From the NCBI GenBank assembly GCA_046582655.1, contig JAYGDX010000110.1:18390-82389 (forward strand): a stretch of DNA of 64,000 nucleotides, read 5' to 3'. The position numbers and the translations under genes were made by a program. Source of the stretch: Candidatus Poribacteria bacterium. GTDB lineage: Bacteria; Poribacteria; WGA-4E; UBA9662. Every line of letters starts with the position of its first letter. Within the stretch, counting starts at the first letter, position 1. The notes beneath the pieces were generated by a model that saw only the letters and a program-made list of their open reading frames with translations, made no database searches and was not told where the DNA came from. This document shows positions 62,400 through 64,000 of the stretch, one piece after another.

Positions 62400-63577
62400 T
62401 TACCAATTGATCAAACGACTATTGTTCCGGATAAATCCTGCCTTAGTTTAGAAAACCAATTAACTTTATCTATCTAGGGAACACAGTGGTGAAACAGAAT
62501 AATTTATAAATACCTAAATGTGACCACCATTTAATCTGATCTTTAGATAGTGCCACTTTTCCAAGCAGATTCATGGAAATATTTTGGTGACTAAAACACG
62601 CCGAATATGTTTCTGATAATTTATGGTTGACCAAGGTAATATAACCAGAAACATATAAAAATTGAAGCGATCATTTATCCAGCTACCGGTGCCAATAGAA
62701 TTTGGTGATAGGAAATAAAGACCTGCTACAACCAAAAACATTAACAGAAATACATCTTTCGGATGATATAAGTTTTCTTGGTTTAATCTTGTCATACCAG
62801 ATGATCAGCCAAAACATCCTCCCGAAAAGTAAGGATCATCCGATAACAACAATCATGTGAGTATCAGTAAAATAGACGATAGATCTAATCTGAAAAAAAT
62901 ATGTCCATTTGGAGTACCAACTCCAATTCCCACGAGGTGGTCCTCTGGTACTTGTTAGCAAATAGACAAACATCACTAGGTAAGCAGAAGTCACGGTCAA
63001 AGCGAATCGGACAGCAGACTTCGGTTGTTTGATAAAGTATGGTACTGATAAAAATCCAGCACAATATCAACAAAGCAAAAGAAAAAATATGACAGAAACA
63101 GATAATGGCGAACAGAAGATATAATATTATTATTCTGTTCAAAGACAGCTGGCTCCGATGTCTCCAACCATATCCCAGTACGAGGAAACAAAAGGGTACA
63201 CTCATCAAGAAACCGTAGAATCCCATGTAGAGCAGATAGTTGTGACAGAAAACGAAGGATGCCCACGCCGATATGTTGTGTCCGCAATTGACTGATTGTG
63301 ATAGGTATAAAACCGAGATAATAAATAATCCGATGATGAGAGTAAAAACCATTTTTTTGGCTAGTAACGGTGCCTGAGATCCCCAGTTTGGAAACGGTCG
63401 AATGTTGAGACGGCAGTTTTTTCTGATCGTCTGGTTTTCTGGATTGTAAGAGTTCTTTACCACATAAGCGCTATGCAGATGTTCCGGGCCATCTAGTGAC
63501 GGGAAGTACTGAAACAACCAGACAGGAAGCATACATGAAACGAATAATAAAGATGTAATCACATGTCTTATTTTCAA
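62400..63577 (-). pseudogene. Multi-pass membrane protein (GT-C-like), fragmented; 3' boundary approximate
   Basis: YFPSLDGPEH...PNW, MGFYGF, then frameshifts and stops; a later fragment WINDRF lies in another frame. Confidence 0.65.
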
Positions 63578-64000
63578 GTGATTAATCTTCCTACCTAAAA
63601 AATACCGATCTTAATAAAAATCTCTGATCCTTCCCAGACTTTGATAGAAATGGGGGTGATGAAATGCGGTTGCCTAATAATCTTCGTATAGTTTAGAGCT
63701 TTTTAGTTTAATGGATATAGATGTGTCTTTCAAATTTTTGCAGAAAAACCTATGTGTTCTGTAGATTCCAACTCGACATAATTTGGATGAATGAGCAGAA
63801 ATGATATTTTAGGTTTCCAGCTATGGTCGAACTATAAAATTGGTTTAAAATTTTCTTATAAATTGATAGAAACTAAAGAATGACTTACATACATCATATT
63901 CTTTAAAATATTGTTGGGTATAATCAGCAACCGCCTGCATAAAAATTTTCATCAGTATTTTTTCTTAACAGTTGCATTTTCAGATTACCTATGCTATAAT

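Noticed and set aside
1..64000. CRISPR array, tRNA, rRNA, tmRNA, RNase P or SRP RNA
   Set aside because: No regularly spaced repeats or diagnostic motifs were seen by eye; a dedicated scan was not possible.

Overview
Bacterial chromosomal window. It is most likely from Candidatus Poribacteria or a close relative; this is an inference from the massive PhyH dioxygenase expansion, DUF6785/6784 membrane proteins, FGE-domain proteins and a C-terminal KLTTxWGxxK motif. The window is dominated by accessory catabolic genes: 11 intact and 1 broken PhyH-family Fe(II)/2-oxoglutarate dioxygenases, three Gfo/Idh/MocA oxidoreductases, hydrolases and putative secreted glycan-active proteins. Housekeeping genes are few: purM, purF, rpmG (missed by the ORF track) and a DEAD-box helicase. 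About a dozen loci are visibly pseudogenised by frameshifts, TGG>TAG changes or ATG>ATA, mostly secreted or carbohydrate-related genes, while the housekeeping genes are intact. The most notable signals are a PhyH paralog with an H-x-G (halogenase-like) iron motif, a candidate C-terminal sorting motif lost independently in two tandem paralogs, an orphan FliG-like protein lacking the torque charges, and several unannotated structured-RNA candidates including a possible 6S RNA. No CRISPR array, rRNA, tRNA or intact transposase was seen. All family calls come from motif recognition by eye, not database searches.
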